Notes: generated from the sequence alone by a model not told the origin. 64,000 bases of DNA from a bacterium (GCA_031082145.1 JAVHLP010000001.1:436883-500882), one strand, 5' to 3'. Numbered from the stretch's first letter, positions 9,884 to 19,954 are shown. Translations and numbers: made by a program.

Positions 9884-9944
9884 AGCACTGCGACGGGTCC
9901 TGCGTGTCTGCCCCACCGGCTGCCGGGCTCACATCCTTGGGGAC

Positions 9945-9990
9945 TTGACTTGTGTCTCTTCTCATGATAGAGTTTCTTCTAGTGATAGAG
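9945..9990 (+). promoter_or_regulatory. sigmaA promoter TTGACT-N17-TAGAGT with overlapping direct-repeat operator
   Basis: Hexamers at 9945-9950 and 9968-9973; TCTTCTnnTGATAGAG repeated at 9957 and 9975. Confidence 0.65.
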
Positions 9991-10013
9991 GAACGTGGAG
10001 GTAGGCGGTTGCC

Positions 10014-10547
10014 GTGAAGCGCGTTCACACCGTTCATCGCCCGGAGGACTTCAAGGCCCTGGCCGATGCCCGCCGGATCAAGATGCTCGGCTGGCTAGCC
10101 GGTGAAGCCCTCACGGTGACCCAGCTTGCCGATAAGCTGGGTGAACTCCCGGCGACGGTCCACCACCACGTGAAAACCCTGGAGCGCGCCGGGCTGGTCC
10201 GGATCGCCCACACCCGCGAGAAGTCGGGAATCCTGGAGAAGTACTACCGGGCGGTCGCCGAGCGCATCGTGGCCGATCAGGACGTGGGGCAGCTGAGCGA
10301 GCCGGCCGCCATCGCCCTCGACGCGGCCGCCTCGGCCCTCCGGGCCGGGCTCAACCGCTTGGACCCCCGGCGGGCCGACCTGGGCCTGGTCGCCATCGAG
10401 GAACTCCGCCTAACCCGCGAGCAAGCCCGGGAGTTGGCCTCGCGGCTGGGCAAGGCCCTCGGCGAGGTCGAGGGCTGCGAACCCGGGGAGGGTGAGCCCT
10501 GGCTGGCTTTGATCGCCCTCTACCCACTCAGCGAAAGGAGGGAATGA
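10014..10547 (+). CDS. ArsR-like winged-helix transcriptional regulator
   Basis: KALADARRIKML, TVTQLA, VHHHVKTLERAGLV, EKYY. Confidence 0.85.
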   Translation: MKRVHTVHRPEDFKALADARRIKMLGWLAGEALTVTQLADKLGELPATVHHHVKTLERAGLVRIAHTREKSGILEKYYRAVAERIVADQDVGQLSEPAAIALDAAASALRAGLNRLDPRRADLGLVAIEELRLTREQARELASRLGKALGEVEGCEPGEGEPWLALIALYPLSERRE

Positions 10548-10548
10548 C

Positions 10549-10809
10549 ATGCTTCTCGCCGACACCAAGAGCCGGCAGCGCCTGGCAGTGGTGATTCCCA
10601 CGGTTGCGGCGGTCTTGCTGCTCCTGCCATTCTTCCTCTCCTACCTGTGGAATACCACCCTGCCCGCACTCTTTGGCCTGCCGCAGATCGGGTACTGGCA
10701 GATGTTCCGCTTGTTCCTGCTGGTGTCCACCTTCACCGGCGGCACCCGCGTCGTGGTGCGCGAAGCCAGCCCGCCCCGGCGGGAATACGTGCTCAGCCCT
10801 CCGGGCTGA
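10549..10809 (+). CDS. Small membrane protein
   Basis: Two hydrophobic segments around LWNTTLPALFGLPQIGYWQ; strong AGGAGG RBS. Confidence 0.7.
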   Translation: MLLADTKSRQRLAVVIPTVAAVLLLLPFFLSYLWNTTLPALFGLPQIGYWQMFRLFLLVSTFTGGTRVVVREASPPRREYVLSPPG

Positions 10810-10815
10810 CGAAAC

Positions 10816-11991
10816 GTGGAGGAGAAGTCCGTGGATCGAGTGAGCCTGGGCGAGTTCAGCGTCTCCCGCATCGGCTTTGGCTGCTACAGCATGGCCCTTG
10901 GCGATAGCCCGAACACCCCCGCCGACTGGGTGAACCTCATCCGGGAAGCTCACGGCCGGGGGGTCAACTTCTTCGACACCGCCGACCAGTACGGCCCGGC
11001 GGAGGAGATCTTGGGCCGGGCGGTGGGACCCTTCCGCGATGAGGTGGTCGTCGCCACCAAGGCCGGGGTCACCCCCGATCGGGGCCCGGACGCATCGCCG
11101 GAGCACATCCGGCGAGCCTGTGACGCCAGCCTCAGCCGCCTGGGAACAGACCGGATTGACCTCTACCAGGTTCACTACGATGACCCGGGCACACCCGTGG
11201 CCGACACCGTGGCGGCCCTGGAGGATCTGCGGGAGCGGGGCAAGATACGGATGTACGGCGTGGGGCACCTGCCCGCCGCCCGGGTCCAAGAGTACATCGC
11301 CCGGGGCCGCCCGGCCAGCCTGCTCTTTGAGTTAAGCCCTGCCGCCCGGCTGTCCCGCCGCGACCTCGTCCCCCTCTGCCGTCCTGACGGGCCACGGGGC
11401 ATAGCCTTCAGCCCCACCGGGCGGGGAGTGCTGACGACCGGGGCCGGCCCCGGCGGCCCGGCCGGCGGCGGCCTGCGGGCGGCGGACCCTCTTTTCCAGC
11501 GCGAGAAACTCGCCTCCGGCCTGCGCATACGCGATCACCTGGCCGAAGTGGGCCGGAGCCATGGCAAGACACCTGCCCAGGTGGCTATCGCCTGGGTGCT
11601 GGCCCAGCCCGGCATAGCGGTCGCCCTGACCGGGACTTCGCGTCCTGACCACCTGCGAGAGAACCTGGGCGCGGTGGGCTGGAGCCTTCCCGCCGGGCAA
11701 CTGGCCGCTCTCGACCGGCTCTTGGAACGGGAAGACGAGTGGCTCCGGGAGGAGAGCATTCGCACGGCCCGGGCTATCGCCGGCCGGCCCTTGCCACGGG
11801 AAGGCCCGGCGCCCTATGCCGACCTCATCTACCTCGCGGAGGTGGCCGTGGAATACGGGCTGGCCCGCGAGGCCCAGCTTATGCCCGTAATCGTACGTCT
11901 TCTCGCCACCCGCAAGCGGGCAAGAGGCGCCTGGGACCCATCGCTGGAGGATATCCGGCGGGAGATGGCGGCCATCATCGGGGAGAGCTGA
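10816..11991 (+). CDS. Aldo/keto reductase with C-terminal helical extension
   Basis: SRIGFGC, FFDTADQYG, ATKAG, SLSRLGTDRIDLYQVH, TPAQVAIAW. Confidence 0.9.
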   Translation: MEEKSVDRVSLGEFSVSRIGFGCYSMALGDSPNTPADWVNLIREAHGRGVNFFDTADQYGPAEEILGRAVGPFRDEVVVATKAGVTPDRGPDASPEHIRRACDASLSRLGTDRIDLYQVHYDDPGTPVADTVAALEDLRERGKIRMYGVGHLPAARVQEYIARGRPASLLFELSPAARLSRRDLVPLCRPDGPRGIAFSPTGRGVLTTGAGPGGPAGGGLRAADPLFQREKLASGLRIRDHLAEVGRSHGKTPAQVAIAWVLAQPGIAVALTGTSRPDHLRENLGAVGWSLPAGQLAALDRLLEREDEWLREESIRTARAIAGRPLPREGPAPYADLIYLAEVAVEYGLAREAQLMPVIVRLLATRKRARGAWDPSLEDIRREMAAIIGES

Positions 11992-11999
11992 AGCTGGCC

Positions 12000-12518
12000 C
12001 TAGTTCTCGAGGGCGAGCACGACACTGATGGCCGGGCCAGCCGGGGCGACGGCGAAGCTGATGGCCACCGGGTGACGCAGTTCCAGCATGAGGGCGATGA
12101 TGCCCTCCGCTCGACGATCCTCCAGTTCCACCGAGGCGACCAGTTCATGCCGGAGACGCCCGCCGGGATGCTCGCCGGGGTCAAAACCCCAGGCCCCGGG
12201 GAGTGCGATGACCAGCCGGGAGTGGGCATCCCGGCTGGCCGAGTTCTCCCCCAAGACTGTGTTCCAAAAGCCAATGGTCTCCGGCGACGGGGTTTCGCCC
12301 GGCGAGAAGATGAAGGTGATCTCGACCCGCTCGCCGGTCTCGCCCTGGATGGTGATTGCCTCGAGGCCGCCGCCTCTCTCAGTACCGTCCGCCGCACGGG
12401 CGGACCAGAGTGGCATCTCGACGGCCGGTGGGTCGGGCATGCCACCGGAACAGCCGGCCACCAGCCAGCCGGTTAGCAGCACCGGCGCCGCCCCGATGGC
12501 GATGGAGGCCAGCCGCAC
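12000..12518 (-). CDS. Hypothetical lipoprotein
   Basis: Lipobox LVAG-C after a hydrophobic N-terminus; GA-rich RBS. Confidence 0.6.
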   Translation of the reverse strand: MRLASIAIGAAPVLLTGWLVAGCSGGMPDPPAVEMPLWSARAADGTERGGGLEAITIQGETGERVEITFIFSPGETPSPETIGFWNTVLGENSASRDAHSRLVIALPGAWGFDPGEHPGGRLRHELVASVELEDRRAEGIIALMLELRHPVAISFAVAPAGPAISVVLALEN

Positions 12519-12569
12519 CGCTCCACCCCCTTCCCCTGCCCCCCTGCAGCTTAATGGGGCTGGTTATGA

Positions 12570-12596
12570 ATTCCCTGGCAGTAGCATATTTCCTCC
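12570..12596 (-). promoter_or_regulatory. sigmaH-like promoter (GGAGGAAAT...GAAT)
   Basis: Minus strand reads GGAGGAAATATGCTACTGCCAGGGAAT upstream of the lipoprotein gene. Confidence 0.4.
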
Positions 12597-12716
12597 CGCT
12601 CTCGCGGTCTTGGCGGCTCCCTAAGAGGGACGGGCCGCCAGACGGCCCCCTCCGGGGACGATCGGGGACTTGAAATCCTGGCCCGGTGGAGGATAATGTT
12701 GATCGGGGGTGATCGC

Positions 12717-12842
12717 ATGTCCAGGCCAGCCCCGGGCGAGGAACCCCGCGGCCGCCTTCGCTCGTTCTGGTGGATCTTCTGGCTGTCGACCTTGCTTCTC
12801 GGCGCGGCCACCCTGGCCGCCGCAGCGATTACCTTGCTATAG
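12717..12842 (+). CDS. 41-aa single-pass membrane microprotein (not in ORF track)
   Basis: MSRPAPGEEPRGRLRSFWWIFWLSTLLLGAATLAAAAITLL; GGGGGTGA RBS; TTGAAA...GATAAT promoter-like element at 12670-12697. Confidence 0.5.
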   Translation: MSRPAPGEEPRGRLRSFWWIFWLSTLLLGAATLAAAAITLL

Positions 12843-13026
12843 GCCCCGCGCCACCCGGAACCTGTCTCCGTCGGAGGACGTCATACCTGCGGGGAGGGTT
12901 GGCTGGCCATGGCGAGACCGGCGCTATGGCGGGTCACCGGCTTCCCCTCCTCTGCCTGGGGCGCTTGGCGGCACGCAGAGGACAATCCTGCTCCCCTACC
13001 GAACCGCCCACTACGAGGTGAGGGTC

Positions 13027-13743
13027 GTGGATGAACTCAAGCAGGAGTTGGCTGAGAAAGCCAAAGCTCTCGGCCACGCGCTGCTCGGGGTGGTGACGCC
13101 GGAAACCGCCGATCAATACGCTGGAATCGAGGTGGGCTGGGTCAACCGGACCACCGTCCCCGTCACGGAAGTGTTCGCCGGCGTGCGCTCGGTAGTAGTG
13201 GTGGGTTACCCCATCTGGGACAGATCGCTCGACCTGGCCCTGCGCCGGCCCGGCGGGGGCTGGACCTACCCCGGTCACATCTTGCCGTCGCTGGCCGCGC
13301 GGGCAGTACGCCAAGCCTTGACCGAAGACGGACACCGGGTCAACTCCCCCGGCTACGCCCCTATTTCCTTCAAGAAGCTGGCGGTGGAGGCCGGCTTCGG
13401 GGCCCAGGGCAAGAGCTCGCTCCTGATTAACCGGGTCTACGGTCCCAACCTCAGATTGGGGGTGGTCCTCACCGACGCCGAACTGACCCCGGACCAGCCC
13501 GCCGGCGAGGACCTGTGCGGCGAGTGTCGGGCTTGCGTCGAAGCCTGTCCGGTGGGAGCCCTGGAGCCGTACCGGCTTGACCCCCATCGGTGCCTGGTGG
13601 GCAGCACGCTGCGGGGCAAAGAGCGCCCGGCAGACGATCATCAGACCCGTCTCTCGGCTCATGCTCACGTCATGTGCCGAGTGTGCCAGGACGTCTGTCC
13701 CCACGGCCGGTTCCGGGAAGATGAGCCGGGCTGGGCAGGCTAG
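13027..13743 (+). CDS. Epoxyqueuosine-reductase/reductive-dehalogenase-like 4Fe-4S protein
   Basis: SFKKLAVEAGFGAQGKSSLLI..YGPNLRLGVVLTD, CGECRACVEACP, CRVCQDVCP. Confidence 0.8.
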   Translation: MDELKQELAEKAKALGHALLGVVTPETADQYAGIEVGWVNRTTVPVTEVFAGVRSVVVVGYPIWDRSLDLALRRPGGGWTYPGHILPSLAARAVRQALTEDGHRVNSPGYAPISFKKLAVEAGFGAQGKSSLLINRVYGPNLRLGVVLTDAELTPDQPAGEDLCGECRACVEACPVGALEPYRLDPHRCLVGSTLRGKERPADDHQTRLSAHAHVMCRVCQDVCPHGRFREDEPGWAG

Positions 13744-14552
13744 CCGATCCCCAAAGCCGACCTAACCTCGTCCGGGGTGGCCGGGGGACGGTCCAGTTCG
13801 CGGCCGATGCGGGCCATCCTGGCCACCAGTTGGGCGTTGGAGGTGGCCAGTTCGCCCTTGCGGTAGTAGATGTTGTCCTCGAAGCCCACCCGGACGTGCC
13901 CCCCCATGGCGATGGCCATAGTGCCCAAGCTGAGTTCATGCCGCCCGACCCCGGCCACACTCCAGGTGCTGCCGGCCGGCACCAAGCCGGCCAGGTACAC
14001 CAGGTTGGCGGCGGAAGCCGGCATGCCCCCGGGGACCCCCAGCACGAAGTCGAAGTGGAGTGGCGGATCCAGCAGCCCCTGTTTGACCAGGTTGAGGGCG
14101 TTGGCCACCATCCCCGCGTCGAAAACCTCCACTTCCGGCTTGACCCCGAATTCGCGCATGGTCCGGGCAAAGTGTTCGATCACCTCCGGCGGGTTCAGGA
14201 AGACACCGTCCCCGAAGTTGACCGAACCGCAGGTCAGGGTAGCCATTTCGGGTCTCAGGGCCAACGGCTGCCCCCGTTCGGCGGCCGTCATGCCCACCGC
14301 CCCACCCGTTGAGACCTGGATGATGAGGTCGGTACGGCGGCGGATGAGCTCGATGGCGGCGGCGAAAGCGGCCCGATCCTGGGTGGGGCGCCCCTCGGCA
14401 TCACGCACATGCAGGTGGACGATGGCGGCACCGGCCTCGCGGCATCTCGCCGCCTCGGCAGCGAGGTCGTCCGCGGTCAGCGGGAGGTGGGGCTGTTCCT
14501 GGGGAGTAACCTCCGCTCCGGCCAGGGCCGCGGTGATCCAGAGCCTATCCAA
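13740..14552 (-). CDS. kce: 3-keto-5-aminohexanoate cleavage enzyme
   Basis: GAEVT, VHLHVR, QVSTGG, EMATLTCGSVNFG, GGHVRVGFEDN; operon context. Confidence 0.93.
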   Translation of the reverse strand: MDRLWITAALAGAEVTPQEQPHLPLTADDLAAEAARCREAGAAIVHLHVRDAEGRPTQDRAAFAAAIELIRRRTDLIIQVSTGGAVGMTAAERGQPLALRPEMATLTCGSVNFGDGVFLNPPEVIEHFARTMREFGVKPEVEVFDAGMVANALNLVKQGLLDPPLHFDFVLGVPGGMPASAANLVYLAGLVPAGSTWSVAGVGRHELSLGTMAIAMGGHVRVGFEDNIYYRKGELATSNAQLVARMARIGRELDRPPATPDEVRSALGIG

Positions 14553-14955
14553 GGTCCTGGTTCCTCCGCCGCTGGAGGTGAGCCGGCACCACGCAGGTGC
14601 CCGATGCCCGGGCCACCAGGACCGGCGGGTCAACGGTGTCGGCGGCCGAAGCTCCCCCCTCGTGGGCCAGCGACCGGATGTACTTGTGGGCCTCGAAGGT
14701 CATGGCCCGGGAGGTTTTGCCCACCCGGGTGAGCCTGGCCCGGACTTCCAGGAAGTCCCCCGCGTAGACCGGAGCCCGGAACTCCACCAGATCATAGGCC
14801 ACGAAGAGGCCTTCATCGCCATCGTGGAGCGCGCATAACTCGGTGGCGGCGTCGCCAAACCACTCCAGGATGCGCCCGCCGGCCACCAGGTTGCCCGCGT
14901 AGTGGGCGTCGGCCTGGCCCACCCGGAACCTCAGTACTGCCCGCAGGTCGTCCAC
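14545..14955 (-). CDS. kal: 3-aminobutyryl-CoA ammonia lyase (hotdog fold)
   Basis: DAHYAGNLVAGG, DGDEGLF.AY..VEFRAPVYAGD. Confidence 0.92.
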   Translation of the reverse strand: MDDLRAVLRFRVGQADAHYAGNLVAGGRILEWFGDAATELCALHDGDEGLFVAYDLVEFRAPVYAGDFLEVRARLTRVGKTSRAMTFEAHKYIRSLAHEGGASAADTVDPPVLVARASGTCVVPAHLQRRRNQDLG

Positions 14956-14956
14956 G

Positions 14957-15715
14957 CTACCTCGCCTCCCCCAACCGGCCGGCCACTCGGCGCCGGTCCA
15001 GTTCTCCCACGATATAGGACGCCACCAGAGACGGAGTGGTCCCCGGGCCGAAGCCCGCGTCGTAGCCCAACTCCACCGCCAGATCATGCGTGATCCGGGG
15101 ACCGCCGCAGACGAGCACCACCCGGTCCCGGACGCCCTCCGCCTCCAGGAGTTCGGCCAGCCGGGTCAAGTTGCCGAGATGCACGTCACGCATGGTCACC
15201 ACCTGGGAGACCAGTACGGCGTCGGCCCCCTCCTCGACCGCCCGGGCCACCAGAACCTCGTTGGGGACCTGGCTGCCCAGGTTGATGACGCGGAACTCGG
15301 GATAGCGCTCGAGCCCGTAGTGGCCCGCGAAGCCCTTCATGTTCAGTATGGCGTCCAGGCCCACCGTATGCGCGTCGGTGCCCGTACAGGCGCCCACCAG
15401 CAGGACCTTACGGCCCAGCCGCTCCCTGACGAACTGGTTCACCGCCCGGAAGTCCATGACCTCCAGGTCCACCCGGGGGACCTCCAGGGCCCCCGGGTTC
15501 ACCCGATGGCGACAGCGGCCATAGCCCACGAAGAAGGTGAAGTCGCCGCCCAGGTCCCGGCTGTGCACAACCTGGGCATCCTCGATCCCCATCTGCCGCA
15601 TCAACTCCCGGGCCGCCTCCGCCGCCTGGGGTCCCGCCTTCAGCGGCAGGGTGAAGGCGACCTGCACCGCGCCGTCATCGGGGTGGTCACCGTAGGGCCG
15701 GATGTCTTCAACCAT
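14957..15715 (-). CDS. kamE: Lysine 5,6-aminomutase beta subunit (AdoCbl/PLP)
   Basis: IRPYGD..DDG.VQ..FTLP, GTDAHTVGLDAILNMKG..G.YGLERY. Confidence 0.94.
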   Translation of the reverse strand: MVEDIRPYGDHPDDGAVQVAFTLPLKAGPQAAEAARELMRQMGIEDAQVVHSRDLGGDFTFFVGYGRCRHRVNPGALEVPRVDLEVMDFRAVNQFVRERLGRKVLLVGACTGTDAHTVGLDAILNMKGFAGHYGLERYPEFRVINLGSQVPNEVLVARAVEEGADAVLVSQVVTMRDVHLGNLTRLAELLEAEGVRDRVVLVCGGPRITHDLAVELGYDAGFGPGTTPSLVASYIVGELDRRRVAGRLGEAR

Positions 15716-17285
15716 CACCCTCAACTCCCTCCAGGTGAGCCAGGAAGGGGTTGAAGTAACCGGGCTCGCGGGGAACGACCCCGTCCAGACCCTTACCCCC
15801 ATCGCGGGGCCGGCGTACGCCGGCGAACATGCCCTGCTCGAGCGCCTCCCACAGGCCAATCGCCCGGACTTCCCCCAGCATGCCGGCCGCCCCTTCCAGC
15901 ACCCGGACGGCCCGCTCCTGGATACGGCCGCCTGGCCGCAGTACCACTTCCCGCCCCAGGTCTCGCGCGTTGTTCATGACGTAACGGGCGTTCTCCAGGG
16001 CCAGGTAGCGATCGGCCACGAACGGGGTGTGAATGGCCTCGGTGGGCATCCCCAGCAGTTGGATGCTCTGGCCGGTCAGGACTCCCACCAGGTTGAACAG
16101 GCAGTCCTGGAGGTGGGACCGGAAGATGTTGCCCGTCTTATACTTGGTGGGCGGCATGAACTTGATCGGGCTTAGCGGGAAGAGGGCCCGGACCAGGGCC
16201 GCCTGGGCGATCTCCCAGAGCAGGCCGTCGGTCAGGTCGGGGTCCATCTGGAAAGCGTGGCCGAGCCCGATCTGCTCCCGCGCCAGGCCGGCCTGCAAGG
16301 CGAACTCCTCGTTGATGAACTGGGAAGCGATCACGGTATGGGCCGCCTCGTAGGCGTCGTCGGTGGTGAGGTAGTTGTCCTCGCCGGTATTGATTATGTG
16401 ACCGGCCCGGGCGCTAATCCGGCGGGACAGGTACTGGTCAACCAGCGTCCGCCGGGGGCTGAGGTCCCGGAACAGTATACCGTACATGGCATCGTTGAGC
16501 ATCATGTCCAGGCGTTCCATGGCCCCCAGGGCCGCGATCTCCGGCATGCACAGGCCCGACGCGTAGTTGACCTGGCGGACGTAGCGGCCAAGTTCTTCCG
16601 ACACGGCGTCCAGGGCTTCCCGCATGATCCGGAAGTTCTCCCGGGTGGCGTAGGTCCCGGCGTAACCCTCGGTGGTGGCCCCGTGGGGCACGTAGTCCAG
16701 CAGGCTCTGTCCGGTCGACCGGATGACGGCGATCACGTCGGCTCCCATGCGGGCGGCCGACTGCGCCTGCACCACATCCTCGTGGATGTTGCCGGTGGCC
16801 ACGATAACATATAGCCAGGGCTGGGGGCTCTCACCTAGCCGGTCCACGAAGTCCTCTCGTTCCCGCCGCCGGCTGCTGATGTGGTCCATCGCCCGCCGGG
16901 CGGCCGCCCGGCCCAGTTCCCGCACTTTCACGGGATCGGCGCCGGGCAGGCGGATCAGGTCCAGGCCCTCGTCGGCCACCGCCCGGGCCACCTCGCCGGG
17001 ATCCCGGCCGGTCACCGCCACCGCGTTGAAAAGCCAGTAACTGGCGCCGTGGCCCAGTTCGCTCCCGATCTGATCCACCAGCCGGTTGGGCAGGGGAGTA
17101 CCCTCGCCGTCCACGCCATTGATGCCGGCCAGTCGCAGGGCCGCCCGCTCCATGCTGGTGGTGGTGTGGTGCCGGACGTAGTCCATGATCTCATCCACTA
17201 TGACCCGGGCGTCCTCCCGGGCCGACCTCACCAATCCGGGATCCAGTTCCAGGCAACCGGGCAGGCCTCCCGGCCTTCCCGTCAT
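15708..17285 (-). CDS. kamD: Lysine 5,6-aminomutase alpha subunit
   Basis: YVIVATGNI, RSTGQSLLDYVP, NYASGLCMPE, INTGEDNYL, KFMPPTK. Confidence 0.95.
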   Translation of the reverse strand: MTGRPGGLPGCLELDPGLVRSAREDARVIVDEIMDYVRHHTTTSMERAALRLAGINGVDGEGTPLPNRLVDQIGSELGHGASYWLFNAVAVTGRDPGEVARAVADEGLDLIRLPGADPVKVRELGRAAARRAMDHISSRRREREDFVDRLGESPQPWLYVIVATGNIHEDVVQAQSAARMGADVIAVIRSTGQSLLDYVPHGATTEGYAGTYATRENFRIMREALDAVSEELGRYVRQVNYASGLCMPEIAALGAMERLDMMLNDAMYGILFRDLSPRRTLVDQYLSRRISARAGHIINTGEDNYLTTDDAYEAAHTVIASQFINEEFALQAGLAREQIGLGHAFQMDPDLTDGLLWEIAQAALVRALFPLSPIKFMPPTKYKTGNIFRSHLQDCLFNLVGVLTGQSIQLLGMPTEAIHTPFVADRYLALENARYVMNNARDLGREVVLRPGGRIQERAVRVLEGAAGMLGEVRAIGLWEALEQGMFAGVRRPRDGGKGLDGVVPREPGYFNPFLAHLEGVEGDG

Positions 17286-18919
17286 GGCCGTTCCCCCTCT
17301 CCGGCGGTCTCCCCGAGGTAGCGTTCGGCCAGTTCCACGACGCCCTCGTCCAGGCCCAGCAGCCTGGCCACCACCAGCGCGTCACGAGGGGCTTCCTTCC
17401 CCGGCGCGACCCTCTCCAGCCGGTAATCCATGTGCTCGTACAACCAGTCGACCCCCTCGGCCCCATCCTCACCGGCCAGGACATCACCCCGGAGCCCGCG
17501 GGTCTGCCAGTGGGCCGTCCCGACCAGTTCGGCCAGGCCGGAGTGGTGGGTAGCCAGCAGGCACACGCTTGGGCCCCGCGCCAACCGCCCGAGAATCGCG
17601 GCGCAAAGAGCCCTCCCTTCCCGGGGGTTAGTGCCCCGGGCGAACTCGTCCAGGAGCAGCAGTCCCGCCTCGTCGAGACGGCCGAGGGGCTCTCGCACCC
17701 GGGTGACCTCGGCCGCGAAAGCGCTCAACCCCGGCCGGTTCTCCTCCTCCTGGCCGCCGTAGAAGATGAAAGCCACCGGGGACCACGCCATATGGCCGGC
17801 GGGGACCGGCAGGCCCAGTTGCGCCATGGCCACGGCCAGCCCCAACGTGCGCAAGGCAACCGTCTTGCCCCCCATGTTGGGACCGGTCAGCACCGCCGCC
17901 CCCGGCCGGAGTTCGAGGCTCACCGGGGTGAACCGCCGGCCCGATCGTCCGAGGTCTTGCTCCACCCCGGGGTGACGGGCCTCCCTGAGGACCACCCCCG
18001 AGCCGGGGGGGAGGATCACCGGCCGCACCGCTGCCGTCTCCCGCGCCAGGCGGGCGCGGGCCAGTAGAAAATCCAGCCGGCCCAGGGCAGCCATGTTGTG
18101 GCTGAGAGCCGGGGCCCACCGGGCAACGGCCCTCGATAGCTTTCCACGGACCCGGGCTTCCTCCCGCCGCTCCTGCTCCTTGAGGTGTGCCAGGATGGCT
18201 TCCGCTTCCCTCGCCCGGGCCCCTGGCCGCAAGCGGAAGTACAGGAAGCCGCCGGCTTCCCTCACCGGAAGGAGATCGGATTCCTCGCGGGCCAGGAGCA
18301 CTCGCCGGTCCCCCGCCGGCAACACAACTTCCCCGCCCGGCCCCGGCTTCACCCCCAGCCGTCCGGCAACGGCGAAGGCTTGCTCCCTCCGCCCCTCCTC
18401 CAGGCTCCGCTCCGCGGCCCGCTTCCTCCGGCGCAGCCGGGCCAGGGAAGTTGAGAACTGGTCGCCGACGTGAAACCCGGGCGATCCCGTCCCTTGCGGG
18501 TCCAACGCGCGGAGCACCCCATCCACGGCCTCCAGCCGGAGGTCCGGCGGTAGAGGCCAGGACAGGCGGCCGAGGAGTTCCTCGATCTCCCGGCTGATCA
18601 GGGCAAAGCGTTTGAGTTCGTAGAGCTCGACAACTTCCAGGGCCGCCCCCCGGACGGCCGCGGCCACCGAACCCCGCAGGTCGCGCAGGCGCCCCAAGCG
18701 GCCTACCAGCGCCCGCATCACCGGGGGGGAGTCGTCGCCCGCCCGCCGGGCGGCTTCCACCCGACCCAGTTCTTCTTCCAGCGCGGCCTCCTCGCCGGGC
18801 AGATAAGCCCGGGCACGGCCTTTCTCCTCCCGGCCGAAGGGGCTGGCGGGCTCGATCATGGCCCAGATCTTGTCCAGCCCCAGACCGGCAGCGGTTGAGG
18901 CCAGCAACAACTCCTTCAT
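17282..18919 (-). CDS. MutS-related ATPase of lysine fermentation clusters (KamC-like, putative aminomutase reactivase subunit)
   Basis: LTGPNMGGKT Walker A, GLSAFAAE, LLLDEFARGTNP.EG, ATH, MDYRL. Confidence 0.87.
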   Translation of the reverse strand: MKELLLASTAAGLGLDKIWAMIEPASPFGREEKGRARAYLPGEEAALEEELGRVEAARRAGDDSPPVMRALVGRLGRLRDLRGSVAAAVRGAALEVVELYELKRFALISREIEELLGRLSWPLPPDLRLEAVDGVLRALDPQGTGSPGFHVGDQFSTSLARLRRRKRAAERSLEEGRREQAFAVAGRLGVKPGPGGEVVLPAGDRRVLLAREESDLLPVREAGGFLYFRLRPGARAREAEAILAHLKEQERREEARVRGKLSRAVARWAPALSHNMAALGRLDFLLARARLARETAAVRPVILPPGSGVVLREARHPGVEQDLGRSGRRFTPVSLELRPGAAVLTGPNMGGKTVALRTLGLAVAMAQLGLPVPAGHMAWSPVAFIFYGGQEEENRPGLSAFAAEVTRVREPLGRLDEAGLLLLDEFARGTNPREGRALCAAILGRLARGPSVCLLATHHSGLAELVGTAHWQTRGLRGDVLAGEDGAEGVDWLYEHMDYRLERVAPGKEAPRDALVVARLLGLDEGVVELAERYLGETAGEGERP

Positions 18920-19953
18920 GGGCTGAGGTTCAACGCCCGGCCAAGCACCAGGTCGAACGCCGGCAGGGGCTGCGCCACCCGGGCCACCTCCCTGACGAGT
19001 TCTTCCGGGTCCAGGGTGAGCCCGTCTGGTCCCACCGGGTTCAGGGTGACCGCGACGACCCGGATAGGGTGCAGCACGGCCACTTTTCCCCCCGCCCGGC
19101 CGAAGCGGGCCCAAGCCCGGCTACCTACGAAGACGTGAGTCCCGTCGGGAACAATCACCTTCAGGCGTCCAGGTCCCCTGCTCATGCCGGCCAGGGCCTC
19201 CACCACCCCGTCGACAAGGGCGCCGGCGATCACCAGGGCCTTGACTCCCTCTTCCACCGCCCCGGCAATGACCCCCCCGCTCCCCAGGGCAGTTCTGAGG
19301 TTGAGGCCGAACGGACGGTAGTCCTCGTCCACCGCCGCCACCCTCCACTTGTGGATGGCCCGGACCGCGGCCTCCCGCAGCCGCTGGTCCGCCACGCCGG
19401 GCAGGCCGAGAAAGGTGAGCAGGAGCCGGGTCCGTTCGGCCACCTCCCCTACGCCACCCCCAACCGCCGCCCCGGTGGCCACCACCGTCCCCTCGGTCAC
19501 CAGGGGGGCGGCCGAAGCCACCCGGTCCACCGAACCGTCCACCAGGACCAGGGCTGCCCCGTGGGCCCGCAGGCGAGTCACCGCCAACCCCAGACCGGCC
19601 GCCGTCGGCGGCCCCGCCAGGCCCAACCTCCCCGGCTCCCGTACCCGGGCTACCACCAGGTGGCCCAGAGGGCCGGCAGCCGGCAGCACTTCCAGGACCT
19701 CGACGTGGGCCTCACCCTGACGCAGGGAGGCCTCTGCCGTCGCCACCAGGCTGCCCCGGGGGGCGTATACCTCCGGCCGGTCGTCCGGCGCCCCTTCCCG
19801 GCCCCCCGCGAGCAGCCCCAGCGGCACTCCCTCTTCCTGGGCCCGGAGCACCAGGTGGTCCACGACCAGGGTCTTACCCACACCCTTGGCGGTGCCCACC
19901 ACGGCGAGGCTGGCCAGCCGGCTGGCCCTTACCAGACTGAAGAGGTCACCCAT
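18916..19953 (-). CDS. KamB-like accessory protein (degenerate P-loop)
   Basis: VGTAKGVGKT, LVDGSVDR..SAAP, ATGA; typical position upstream of the MutS-like gene. Confidence 0.75.
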   Translation of the reverse strand: MGDLFSLVRASRLASLAVVGTAKGVGKTLVVDHLVLRAQEEGVPLGLLAGGREGAPDDRPEVYAPRGSLVATAEASLRQGEAHVEVLEVLPAAGPLGHLVVARVREPGRLGLAGPPTAAGLGLAVTRLRAHGAALVLVDGSVDRVASAAPLVTEGTVVATGAAVGGGVGEVAERTRLLLTFLGLPGVADQRLREAAVRAIHKWRVAAVDEDYRPFGLNLRTALGSGGVIAGAVEEGVKALVIAGALVDGVVEALAGMSRGPGRLKVIVPDGTHVFVGSRAWARFGRAGGKVAVLHPIRVVAVTLNPVGPDGLTLDPEELVREVARVAQPLPAFDLVLGRALNLSP

Positions 19954-19954
19954 G

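Noticed and set aside
17282-18919. MutS-like gene as a DNA repair or defence gene
   Set aside because: No mismatch-binding or Smr domain is visible; this position is typical of lysine 5,6-aminomutase clusters.
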